From assembly GCA_964035545.1 (NCBI GenBank), contig OZ037767.1, forward strand, positions 12,881,801-12,945,800: a DNA stretch of 64,000 nucleotides, in the 5' to 3' direction. Numbering within the stretch: the first letter of the stretch is position 1; every line of letters begins with the position of its first letter. The position numbers and the translations under genes are program-made. Below the pieces are notes generated by a model that was not told the origin of the DNA, searched no databases, and saw only the letters and a list, made by a program, of their open reading frames with translations. The DNA is from Bugula neritina (lineage: Eukaryota > Animalia > Bryozoa). Positions 38,901 to 50,000 of the stretch are shown one piece after another.

Positions 38901-39690
38901 TTTTCAATTCCATCACTGGTCAAAATTGCTTTCAACAGAATACATTGCATATGCCTTTCTCTCTCCATCAGCCATAGCAAATGTTTATGGAGTGTTAATA
39001 ATACCCAGTGGCCCCTGTGGTGTGATGATTAGCAAAGGTACTGTTGGCCAGAAATCTTGGGTTTGAATCCCAGTAGGGGTAAAAGTTGTATAAGCTATTT
39101 CGGAATTTAGTGAAAGAGTTGAGAGCCAAGTAAGCCTGAAAACTAATGGAATAATAGATTAAGGCCAGATATATTTTTGAGAACTAGAGGATGTAGTCTC
39201 GGATCACCCAGTCCCTCTTTAGTGAAATGCTTAGCTCGTCTGTTTGCAAGCCGAAGGTTTTAAGTTTGAATCCCAGACGGGACAAAAATTTTATCTTTTG
39301 TATTCTAAGAAAAATATTATTATGACACATTAGCATTCATACACCTCAACACACACTTATGAGCATATACTTGGAAAATTCATTGTAATTCTCCAACTTC
39401 ATAATATCAAAATAATGGTAAACATAACATAATATTACTTGTGTTTTCTAGGGTTCTGCCATCACTGGGTGTATGTGGTAATTGGAGTAACAACACTGCT
39501 AGTAGTTGCAACAATTGTCATTATGACCTGCGTGTGTGTTGCAAAAAAGTCCAAGCTCAAAGAAAAAGTCACTCCACAGCCACCTTATGGAAAATTTAAC
39601 CCAACTTCATTTATGAATCCTCAACTTACTGGTAAAAAAGTTCATCAACCTCTAACCTACGCCATCGATGAACAGAGAAATAATTATTGA
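21789..39690 (+). CDS. Type I membrane protein: reprolysin (M12B, ADAMTS-like) metalloprotease - Cys-rich - 2x PLAC-like - PTS mucin - 2x(SEA-EGF_Ca-EGF-like) - TM (gene A, ~1788 aa)
   Basis: 22 phase-consistent GT-AG exons: 21789-21840, 22535-22746, 25126-25203, 26129-26276, 26657-26858, 26974-27058, 27618-27713, 28444-28586, 28754-28885, 29979-30143, 30480-30615, 31064-31171, 31689-31740, 32090-34512, 35510-35711, 35922-36044, 36214-36348, 37413-37588, 37862-38063, 38317-38439, 38748-38882, 39452-39690 (5367 nt). Signal peptide MEQILFLILVLAATSNS; furin site RDKR; GLAFVGGVC; HELGHNLDAAHD; Met-turn FIMAP; GQTIPVDEQCRLTFG; SEA motifs CGSII/CGSIK; DVNEC EGF; TM WVYVVIGVTTLLVVATIVIMTCVCV. Confidence 0.88.
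24913..25005 (-). mobile_element. tRNA-derived SINE fragment
   Basis: Minus strand has A-box-like TGGTCTAGGAG and B-box AAGTTCGAACC; shares CAGGAGCAATT with copies near 30300, 31430 and 50270. Confidence 0.55.
26561..26629. repeat. (CA)n microsatellite
   Basis: Direct observation; just upstream of the exon 5 acceptor. Confidence 0.95.
28754..30143 (+). CDS. Zinc-binding exons of the M12B catalytic domain (28754-28885 and 29979-30143)
   Basis: AHELGH|NLDAAHDG...CSANDQFIMAP...WKFSICS across a phase-2 intron. Confidence 0.9.
29139..29280. repeat. Compound (GCAC)n/(CA)n/(TA)n microsatellite
   Basis: Direct observation. Confidence 0.95.
29359..29598 (+). mobile_element. 5'-truncated Penelope-like element remnant (GIY-YIG C-terminus) with an inverted hammerhead-like motif at its 5' junction
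   Basis: ~29413-29598 translates SKIYQHI...VTVLNHSFKGIHHRKVAEALYIKQIKPQLNKKNYSIPLKLYQ*, the EAxxIxxxxPxLN tail of PLE endonucleases; minus-strand HHR-like fold at 29359-29398. Confidence 0.7.
31431..31548 (-). mobile_element. tRNA-derived SINE
   Basis: Minus strand CAGCGGTGGCCTAATGTTG (A box) ... GGGTTCTAACCC (B box) followed by the family body; same family as 50270-50390. Confidence 0.6.
32090..34512 (+). CDS. Large exon: two PLAC-like Cys modules, (PTTTTT)n mucin domain, polybasic site, start of SEA domain
   Basis: 802-aa ORF in the track; acceptor at 32089 and donor at 34513 in phase with the flanking exons. Confidence 0.9.
32380..34360 (+). repeat. Coding 18-bp tandem repeat (~108 units, PTTTTT)
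   Basis: ACACCAACTACCACTACA-type units; variation mostly at synonymous third positions. Confidence 0.95.
39008..39290 (+). mobile_element. Two tandem tRNA-like heads (SINE or tRNA pseudogenes)
   Basis: GCCCCTGTGGTGTGATG...GGGTTTGAATCCCAGTAGGGG (39011-39079) and GTCCC...AAGTTTGAATCCCAGACGGGAC (39211-39283), each with acceptor-like stem and B box. Confidence 0.5.
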
Positions 39691-41038
39691 CATTTGAATA
39701 CCCAAAAAAACAATATCATTAACTCCACTTTATAGTTGGTAATTTATTGCACAGAAAACTGGTTTTGATACTCACACAAACATGCATACACATATGCACA
39801 TGTGCTTATAGTTGTATATATTTTTTTATGTATAAAACTGCCTTTCTTGCTAATCAAAATTTTTCTCATAAATAGTGATATTTTTTCATATTAAAAAAAC
39901 AGAATTATTTTGAGACATCTTATACTTTTACACGTGAATGCAATTGCGGTTCTGTCTGTTCTTCAGATCACTCATATTACAAACTTGTGTGGTTTATTAT
40001 AACACATTTTATTTTACTGCTAACTGATGCTACAAACTGCTGTAATTGCATGGAACCTAATTACATTCTTTTTTAGTAGAATTAGCAATGTTAAACAATA
40101 AAATTTTAAATTTCTCATCAAGTTGTAGCATTAACTAGGGTATGGGAAGAACTTATAGTAGCTATTTTTATGTGAAAGATGCACACATGAAGGAGGATTT
40201 GAGTAGTTTTAAGCATAAAAAAAACATATTTGCATAGCATACTTTTTAAACAACATGACTGCATTAATTTCTAGCTTTTTGAGTGCTGGCGCTGATAATG
40301 TACGAGAATACTTTGTATCTAACATGTTTTAACATTTCCAGTTTGTTTCATATAATAAAAAACAAAAACATGTATGCTACCATTTATTTTGTATTTCATT
40401 CATTAACTGCAAATGTAAAATGACATATTTTATAAATCTGGATTTTATTTCTAGATAGAAAGCAGTATCCACGCAAATGGAGACTATCTTGTCCCATAAA
40501 CTTCATAGTTAAGGTAACAAAGCCTGTTGACCCAGTGGTTTAATTTCTTTTTGTATCCATAGTTTATTTGTTGCCACAAATATTCAAGGAGTGTTTCAAA
40601 TAAACCTAATATATTTATTATCAAGAAACGAAGCAGAACCGGCTGTGAAACTATAAGATAGATTTTGAATTATTGAGCAAAACATTTCATAAAAGTCCTA
40701 AAAATTAAGCAGAATATAAGAGACTATCATAAGCAGCATACAAACAGCATAAATGGAATCACAAAATAAACAATTTATAATTTATAAAAAATAAAAACTT
40801 ATTTGAGAAGTTGCCAAATTTCAATGCAAAACTTAAAAAGAAAAATATAAAACATCAGAATGCATATGCAGCATAAAGCTAGATAATGATCATTAGATTT
40901 TCAGCTCACCCTCAAAAATCGCTGGAAGCAGCACCAAGTTGGCGGTAACTGGGTGCATTAGTTCAAAGTCTCCAGTTTATTGTTGGAGGCTTGGAGTTTG
41001 GAAAATATTGCCTACACAAGTTTTGCACTCAGTCACCC

Positions 41039-44000
41039 TCAACTCGGTGCTGCTTCTAGCAATATTCTTTGCTCTCTGTGTTTAAGCAACAGCTGGACTA
41101 ACTTTTTTCTTTTTGGAACAGCAGCAGACAGCAATCACAGATATTATGATTATCAGAACCACTACACTTCCAGCACCAATTAGTATGTAGACCCAGGTAG
41201 GTTGTCCTCCACATTTACCTACAATTAATTTATACAGATATTATCTATACATGTAATTTGTCTGCAGGTGCTATATACTTGTGCTATATATACAAATACA
41301 ATATGCAGAAAATGAATGCAACGATGTGCTTTTAACATCTGCTTAATTGAAGCAATAACTTTGCTGTGAACAGAAAGCTGATAACAGACCAAAGCTGCTG
41401 CCAATATTTTGAAATTATTGATTCATGAAATTTGCAAATGCAAAACTCAGTCATGTACATTTAAGGCATGCACTCAATGTAATGTACAACTACAATAAAC
41501 AATACATTTGACCTTGACCTACATGCCTTTACTATGAGTTGAAAGACACTGACCTGAGGTACACTGGCAAACAGGTTCTGATTCAGCCTTTTCTACACAG
41601 ACCTCACCTGCTGAGCAGGAGTTGTCAGAACAGAGCTTGGCACACACCCTACCCAACTCATCTGAGTACTCCGAAAGGTCATGGGAATATTCTAGAACAG
41701 AAAGCAAACGTTACTGTAGAAAGATTGTTACCAGTCACTGTGTTTTTGGCCCTGTGGTTTACATAAAATTGTGGTTGTGGTTTCATTCTATTCAGCAGTT
41801 TTTTAACCTCGACTGAAATTTGGGTAGTAACTATATAAAATGTTGACAATTAGACAAAAAGGTGTGTTAATCAGAAGTACAGCATTCACTTTCACCGGCT
41901 TTCGGTCTCAGATCAATTTCGGCGAGATCGATCCATTTAAAGACGTCAAAAATCAATCTCAGTCAATCTGGGCTGGTCGGTCTGTAAGGGTTGTGTCCCC
42001 ATGTACATATGCATGTGAAGAGTTGTGTTATCATGATGTAGCGAAAGGGCAGCTCTCTTAGTAGAACCTGTTATCCTAATGCGTAGCGTTCATCATCTAC
42101 TCAGCCTGCTAGTATCTGCCTACTACTCTATTAACATACGCTATGGACAATGGGAAGAGCTTAATAATTAGAACTAGTTTAATCCAGTTGATAGCTATCG
42201 TGCTTGGGTAGCCAGCAGTTAGGCAGTGGATTAGTTATAGCTAAATTGTGTATGCTCTTTCTGCAATTATGTAACGTATTTTTGTTGTGTTGTGTAGTTT
42301 ACTTTTTTATCTTGTGAATTAAATAAACGCTCTATAATCTACATCAACTTGGCAGTGTTGCATTACTTTTAATACTCAGCAATTAGTGAATGCACAGTTT
42401 CACAACAGTGATGGCAGTGGTGGGATTAATTTAATACAATTTAAATTAATTTTAAATTTCCTAGCCAAGGAGTAGGAAAAGGTAGCAGACGAAGAGGATG
42501 CGCCCGTCAATAGCGAGTCGAACCAGCAGCTATGGAGGATGACATAGGCGGCCCAGCGCTGCCTATGAGCAGGTACAACTTGCGGGCTCCCGTCTTTTTA
42601 GGTGGAGAGGATGTGGAGCAATTTATCACTGAGTTCAGTAATGTGGCAAGGCCCAAACCTAACCGGGTAAGGAAGCTGCCTTCGCCAGAGTGGCAAGCCC
42701 CACGGAGAGTTAGCAGACCGCAAGGTCCGTCAAAATCTTCGGCTTGGCTACTCACAAACCGCTTTGAAGGGTTGCCTGATGAGGGAGCATACGAAGAGTA
42801 GGAGCAGGACCGAGATTTCCTTTGGTTACACACGCGAGAGCAGTGCTGAAGTTTTACTCAGCCGCTCGTGTGGGAGCAGCACCGAGATGTAACTCGGCTG
42901 CCCACTAAACGTCGCCAATCCCATCGCAGTCAGAAAGCGCAGGTGCATCCCCAACTCCATGCACATGAGGTGTCACCTTCAGAGATGAACCGCTCAGTGA
43001 GCGCCCAGCTATATGGAAGCAGTCATTTCCTGCCGGAGAAACTTGCCGGCAAAGCTGCAACATTCCTGTTGGATACCGGGTGTACCACAAATCTCCTGCG
43101 CTGGTGTCTTTTCGACACACTCAGTGCCAGGGACCGGGCGAACCTGGAGCCATATAAAGGGGAATACAGCATGTTGGCTGACAAGTCGTGTATTTCCTTC
43201 TATAGAGTGATAGAGTTGATTGGTAGAATCCGTGATCAGGTGATCAGCGAGAACTTCCTCGTCAGTCAACTCAAGGAGGATGCCATTTTGGGAATGCCAT
43301 TCCTCAATCCACACAAGTGTCACATCGACTTTACCAAGTAGGCGGTGGTGATGGCTGGGTGTGAGCTTGCTTGTGTAGATCGGTGGTGGGGGAGTGGAGG
43401 TGGCATGGCACTGTACTGTACCTGGGCCCTCCCTGGCTACAGTTTGCTGCAGAATGAACTGTAGTGATATATCCGACTTAGGAGTGGTGGAAGGGGCACT
43501 GGGGGCGTCCAGCTCGCTAACAGTCTGAATAGGCCGGATGAGCGGGGGAAGTTTCTGGTACAGTATGTGAACCCTTTCACGTTGTCGGCTGATTTGCTAG
43601 TAGGGAAGTTTCACTCCAAACAGGAGGAAGATGTTGGGCCTGCCCTGGAGACGATGAAGGAGGCTCGGAGAGTACCCACTAGGCACGTCAGGGGGCCAAT
43701 GCCTGAACACTTGGTAGATTTGTACGGGGAAGCCTGAGATGGCTGTGAGAGCAAGCAAGAACGGCTAGTCGTGGCGCAGCTACTCCCTGAATACAAGGAT
43801 GTGTTCATTTGCGGCGTTCATGATATGGGCCTTGCCAAGACTGTCTGTCATGAAACACCCCTGGCGGTTGGAAAGGCGCCTATTAGGCAGCCTACTTGCC
43901 GGATAGGTCCTGAAAAGTAAAAGGAAGTGAGCCGACAGGTGCAAGACCTTCTAAACCAAAACCTGATTGAGTAAGCCCATGGTGCTTGGAGCTGTCTAGT

Positions 44001-47000
44001 TGTTTTGGTTCGGAAAAAGGATGGAAGCTGGAGGTTTTGCGTAGATTATTGCAAACTGAACAGCGTGACCATCCAGGACGCTTACCCTCTTCTTAGATTT
44101 GATGAGTCGCAAGATGCCTTAGCTGGTAGCAAGTTCTTCAGTATGCTGGACTTGCTAAGCGCATATTGGCAAGTGCCCCTGAGTCCTGATGTACAGGACA
44201 AGGCCGAGTTCATCACGCAGGACGGGCTCTGAAAATGGAAGGTGCTGCTTTTCGAACTTACGTCTGCGCCTGCTACCTTCCAGTGACTCATGGAGCAGGT
44301 CCTGAGTGGTTCACACTGGACGACCTTGCTTAGTTATCTTGATGATGTCATACTCATCTCCCACGACTTTGACACCCATGTCAGTCGGCTCAGAGAAGTG
44401 TTTGACAAACTTTGAGCTGCTCGTCTGAAGCTCAAGCCCTTTAAGTGTGCATTATTGCAACAAGAGGTTAAGTACCTGGGCCATGTAGTTGGTTGAGACA
44501 GGTTTGCCGTCAACCCCGGGAAAGTACAGGCTGTGAAGGACCGGGCGGTTCCTGTCGACTTCCCTGAAATGAGAGCGTTCTTGGGGTTGGTAGGGTACTA
44601 ACGACAGCACATACCCGACTTTGCAGGAATTTCTCAGCTGCTAAACCGGCTGACAGCAAAAGGAGTTTGTTGGCAGTAGGCGCATGCAGAACAGCAGGTG
44701 TTTGACCACTTCAAGGATCGCATGATGGAGGCACCCATCTTTGCGTACTCTGATCCAGCAAAGGAGTACATTTTAGACACTGATGCCCGTGACCACAATG
44801 TGGGGGCTGTGCTGTCTCAAGTCTAAGATGGCCGTGAGGTGGTGGTAGCTTACTATAGTAAAGCTCTGTCGGCGCCTGAAAAAAAACTACTGTACGACCA
44901 GGAGAGAGCTCCTGGGAGTAGTCAGGGCAGTCAAAAACTTTAGACCATATCTGTATGGGCACACGTTTAGGTTACAAACAGACCACACGTCCTTGATATG
45001 GCTGTGTCGATGAGCTGAACCTTCTAGCCGAGTAATGCGCCGGCTTGAGTTTTTATACTGAATCGAGTACTGACCCGGTAAGAAACACGATAACGCCGAT
45101 AGATTAAGTCGCCACTGGACAGATGGATGTAGGCAATGCCTAATTATTGAGTACAGGGATAGTGGACCCCCTCGCTCAGATGTAGAAGAGCAGATAAGCA
45201 AAACATATATATACAGCTGGGAGGAAGGACAATTCCGGTCTGAACCCCTCCCTTTAAAGCTGTTAACAACCTTCATGTAAACCCTACACTGCTCAAGAAT
45301 GTCAAGGAGCTGTGTCGGCTTCAAGCTACGCTACCTGGGGTGGTAGGTGATCTAGTCTGGGCCAAGAAGGAGAGACAGCTGCCTAGCGAGGCTAAACAGC
45401 AAGTCAAATGCACAGAGTCCAAGTATTTTTGCGACCGCTGGGACTCCCTTCAATTCAATGGTGATGGGTTGTTAACGATAACGTTAGCAACTGACCAAAA
45501 TTACCAGGAGCAGGTGAGCGTAGTCTGTCCCTTTGACTCAGGTGACTCGATGTTTTCAACTTCAGTGATACTGGCCCGGTATGATCCGGGATGTCCAACT
45601 TCGGGTGCGGAAGTGTGAGATCTGCCAAGCCAGCAAGCATGGCCGCTCCACTGAGACCGCGGGAAGGCGTCGCTTCCATGCCGGTCATCCGTGACAGGTA
45701 GTTGCTGTAGATCTGGTAAGCCCCATGCTCACGTCTGTGAGAGATAATAACTGGATACTGGTGTTAACTGACCACTTTATGCGGTGGGCTAATGCGCTGG
45801 CTATTCCAGATGCATCAGCCCTCACGCTGGTCAGGGCCTTAGATCAGCAGGTATTCCGTTATTTTGGCTTGCCAAAACAAACTTGTACACTCTGATCAAG
45901 GTGCGATCTTTGTAAGACGTGGGGGGTTAACCAGAGTCAGACGATCCCATATCACCCGCAAGAGAATGGGGTTGTGGAGCGGAATAACCGAATGCTAGGG
46001 GACTCACTGAGAAGCCTGCTTATTGGTAAGAGCCAGGAAGAGTGGGACTTGTTGCTGCTAAAAATAATGTGAGCCTACCGTAGTATTCCTCACTCCAGTA
46101 CACTGAATCCCCCTACTTTTCTCATGTTTGGTAGAGAAACATGGGTTTTTGAACACCTAACCTACAATGTTCCGGCTCCGGAGAGTGCATCCATTATTAC
46201 GTGAGTAAGCTCATTACATGAATGAGGACGGTTCCTGAGGTGTTACGTGAGCAGCAATGGCAGATAAGGAGTGGCGACTCTGATGACCCTCTTTTGTACA
46301 AGGTGAGCGACTGGGTCTGGATAAGCAGTCATTGCCGGCGGTGCGGACAGGCGGCTAAGTTACAGCCAAAGTTCGTGGGTCCTTTTTGCATGATTGAGGT
46401 GATGCCAAATCACACGTCTAAAGTGGAGCGTTCTGGCCAAGTATCGGTCCAAAACGAAGCACGACTGAAGACATGTCGGGTGAGTCTTGATGCAGCAGAA
46501 CAGGCTGCTTTACTCCTAGAGCTTGCACGCTGTTTGACCATGAGGAGACGAGGTATGGTATATAAGGAGTTGGAGGAGGTGCTGCAAGATCAGAAAGGAG
46601 TGGCCGACGTGCCGACCAACCAGCCTGGCCGCCCCAATTTCAGGAAAAGGTGGCTGACACACCAGAAGACCTGTGAGGGCTGGCCCCATCACCAGTGGAG
46701 CCGGCCGACATACCTGTCATTCCTGATGATATAGAAACTCCTTAATTTCATGAGGAGGAGGTATCTAGGGAAGAACCACTTGTACCGGTGAGCCCCCCGC
46801 ACTGTAGACTCCACCTATAGTCGTAGAGTCACCAGTGGCAGCAGCCTCCTCCCAGTACAGTTGGAACGTAGTCAACCTACTAGGGCTCCACCATCTTATT
46901 TAAAAAAATTATTTTGTGATGCAGTAGATAAACCACCATCAGCTATCATCAAATAAATTTGGAGGGACAAGCAATTGAGAGTTGTGGTTTTTAGATATAA

Positions 47001-50000
47001 GGAAACACAGCTGTGAGTTGCGTACCCAGTAGCGTATATATTAACGCCAGTGGGAATACAGAAAAAAGCAAAGCTAGCTCGTCGGTGAAAGGGGGTATTA
47101 TGTAATCACTTTCTTCATGAAGAGCATTCTTTTCAATGTTAACTGTCGAAGTGCGAGCACGTACTTGGCAAGCTGGCGACTACGGAGCTCAAGTGGACAG
47201 GCTGATAGCACGGCTGTCTTATGGTGAGTCTACTAGTGAAATTATATAATTTAATTAGAACTTAGCTTAGTTGCATGTATCAGCTTCACTTTATCATAAC
47301 GACAAAGTTGGATTCATGAAGCCAGATGATTTCATTGACGACTTAGAGTAGAATAGTCACCCGCACGATTTTGATAATTAGAAGATTGATAGACTGTTTT
47401 GCTCAGCTGTAACTGTCGTACTGACCGGTTGGAAGCCCCTACAACAGAATCTGGTACTCTGTTGCAAGTGAGACTTAGAGAGGACCTAGAAGATTTCTTA
47501 ACACCACCGTCACGAAGTCACCTTCCTTCTTACTCGTCTATCTGACACTGGATTCTTGGTGGATTTTTACTGCAGAGCAAGTAGCTGTCCTGACGAGTGG
47601 TGTTGCTCTTTCTCCATTATAATGTTTATTTTATATGAAAATGTAACTAGTGGATCACAGCGATCATCGTTAATACAATATCATAAACTCCTTATATTCT
47701 ATAATAATATCATAATTATCTGCGTAGAAAGGTTACCAAATGATAGTAATAGACAATTATTGTCATTCAATCGTTCGAGGTGGGAGAGCCTGTAATTTTG
47801 TTCAGTTTTCTTATTATGGTTATCACTACAGCAGTGTTACATGTTGATGATTGACTCTGGTTAGATCAGTAAATTCGGGTATGAGGCCTAAAACTTGTCC
47901 TCTCTTCTCCTCTGTGGCTCTTCACTTTGAGCCCCACACTCGTCATGTATGAAAATTTCATTATCAGAACACTTTTCTTCTGTCACACAGTGCAGCCGAT
48001 TATGTTCAAGTTGCCCTGTCACGTGATTTGACATTCTTTCTGTGTGTTTTATTTTATGTTTTATCTCTAAATGTTTCATACTGTGTGATTGTTTTTTGCA
48101 CTACTCTTTTGTTATCTTACGTGATATTCTATTGTATATTTCGTTGAATAATGCGGTATTGTTCTGTATTATTTTATGTTATTTTGTTTTATGTTTTCTA
48201 TTTGTAAATCTACAACCTTCACGCCAGCTAAGACTACCAATTACCGTTATTCGTTCCTTTTCTGGAACCAACCTCTTCTGTTTCTCTCTCTGATGAATAC
48301 ACAGAGCCCTGAGCTCCTCCAGTGACCCCTTGTTCTGTTACCTTCTACCAATATCCCAAGAGCAGGGCTCCTATTATCTTCGGCTTGGCCAACACAGATT
48401 TTGTGACGTTCTTTGGTGTATAAAGAGCAGGAGAGAGCAACCGCAAAGTTTCGTAGTCCTTGGTTAGTACCGACACCAAGGTTTCTGCCTCTATACATCA
48501 CCCGTAGCCTGAGGAGCTTGCCTTTTGATAGGTCGGAGGAGTGTAAGGGTTGTGCCCCCATGTACATATGCATGTAAAGAGTTGTGTTATCATGATGTAG
48601 CGAAAGGACAGCTCTCTTAGTAGAACCTGTTATCCTAATGCTTAGCGTCCATCATCTACTCAGCCTGCTAGTATCTGCCTACTACCCTACTAACATACGC
48701 TATGGACAATGGGAAAAGCTTCGTGATTAGAACTATTTTAATCCAGTTGATAGCAATTGTGCTTGGATAGCCGGCAGTTAGGCAGTGGATTAGTTATAGA
48801 TAAGTTGTGTATGCTCTTTCTGCAATTATATGTAACGTGTTTTTGTTGTGTTGTGTAGTTTAATTTTGTATTTTGTGAATTAAATAAACGCTTTATAATC
48901 TACTTTAATTTGGCAGAGTTGCATTACTCTAAATATCCAGCAATTAGTGAACGCACAGCTTTACAACAATATTAAAAATATTATTTTAAATTGGGCAAAT
49001 TACTTTACACTAAAACCTTTGCTGCGTATAGTTTATAGCTGGTGTTAAATTTTAGACTATGAAAATCTTGTTTTTCAACAACAGTAGCTTTAATCACTAA
49101 AATAGGTGAACAAATTATACTATTAAAGTACTCTTCACTCAAGAAGAGACAACTTTGCAAAATTGATCTGACACTCTCGTGGAAAAACGATCAATCTGAG
49201 CATACTTCTCAGATCGATCTCAGCAAGATCGATTTGAGATCGATCCATGGAAAGCCAGTGTTTGGTATTCGACTACTAGAAATCTACTTACTGGAAAATA
49301 ATTATTAAGTTCAACTAATGAACATACGTTATTATCTAAACAACATTGCATATACTACTACATGTTGTAAGTACACATTGAAATAAATGCTATAGTAGTC
49401 ACTCACCTTTATTACAAGTGCAAGTGTAATATCCATCAGTATTGGTACACCTAGCATTAGGACTACAGTCATTTAGATTGGGATCTTCACATTCATTCAC
49501 ATCTGATACTACGGGGACATCATTAACAACTATAAATGAACGACAAAATGAGGCATCTGTATTACTGTAAGAAAACAAAAGTCATCAGCAGATGGAGCAC
49601 AAAAAACATTTTTTTGTCTCGCAATTTTAAGTGCCTACAATTATGGTAAAGCAAAAAGGTAACAAAGCTATCACATTAAATATTCCGGAAAGATTGACTC
49701 TACCTTAGACTGCTAGCAAGCATATATCACAAACTCAAGCATTTGAAAAACACTGACTTTTCATAAATAGAAGATCACAAATGTGAGGTCAATCAATGAG
49801 AAAAAGCATTAACTCTCTTTTACAGCTAAGGTATAACAAGTGTCTTAAAATCTTTCTTGCCACGCTTAGATGCAGTTGCTTCTTGATGTACGGAATGCCA
49901 GTGACAAAGGCTAGAAAAATAATGCTATAATAACATAACCCAATATCTAACCAAGATTAGGGTTGCTGGTGATGGCCGAGATTTGCTGAATGAACTCCGC

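Noticed and set aside
39008-39290. Functional tRNA genes
   Set aside because: Degenerate B box (GTTTGA) and poor D and anticodon arms; better explained as SINE heads or pseudogenes.
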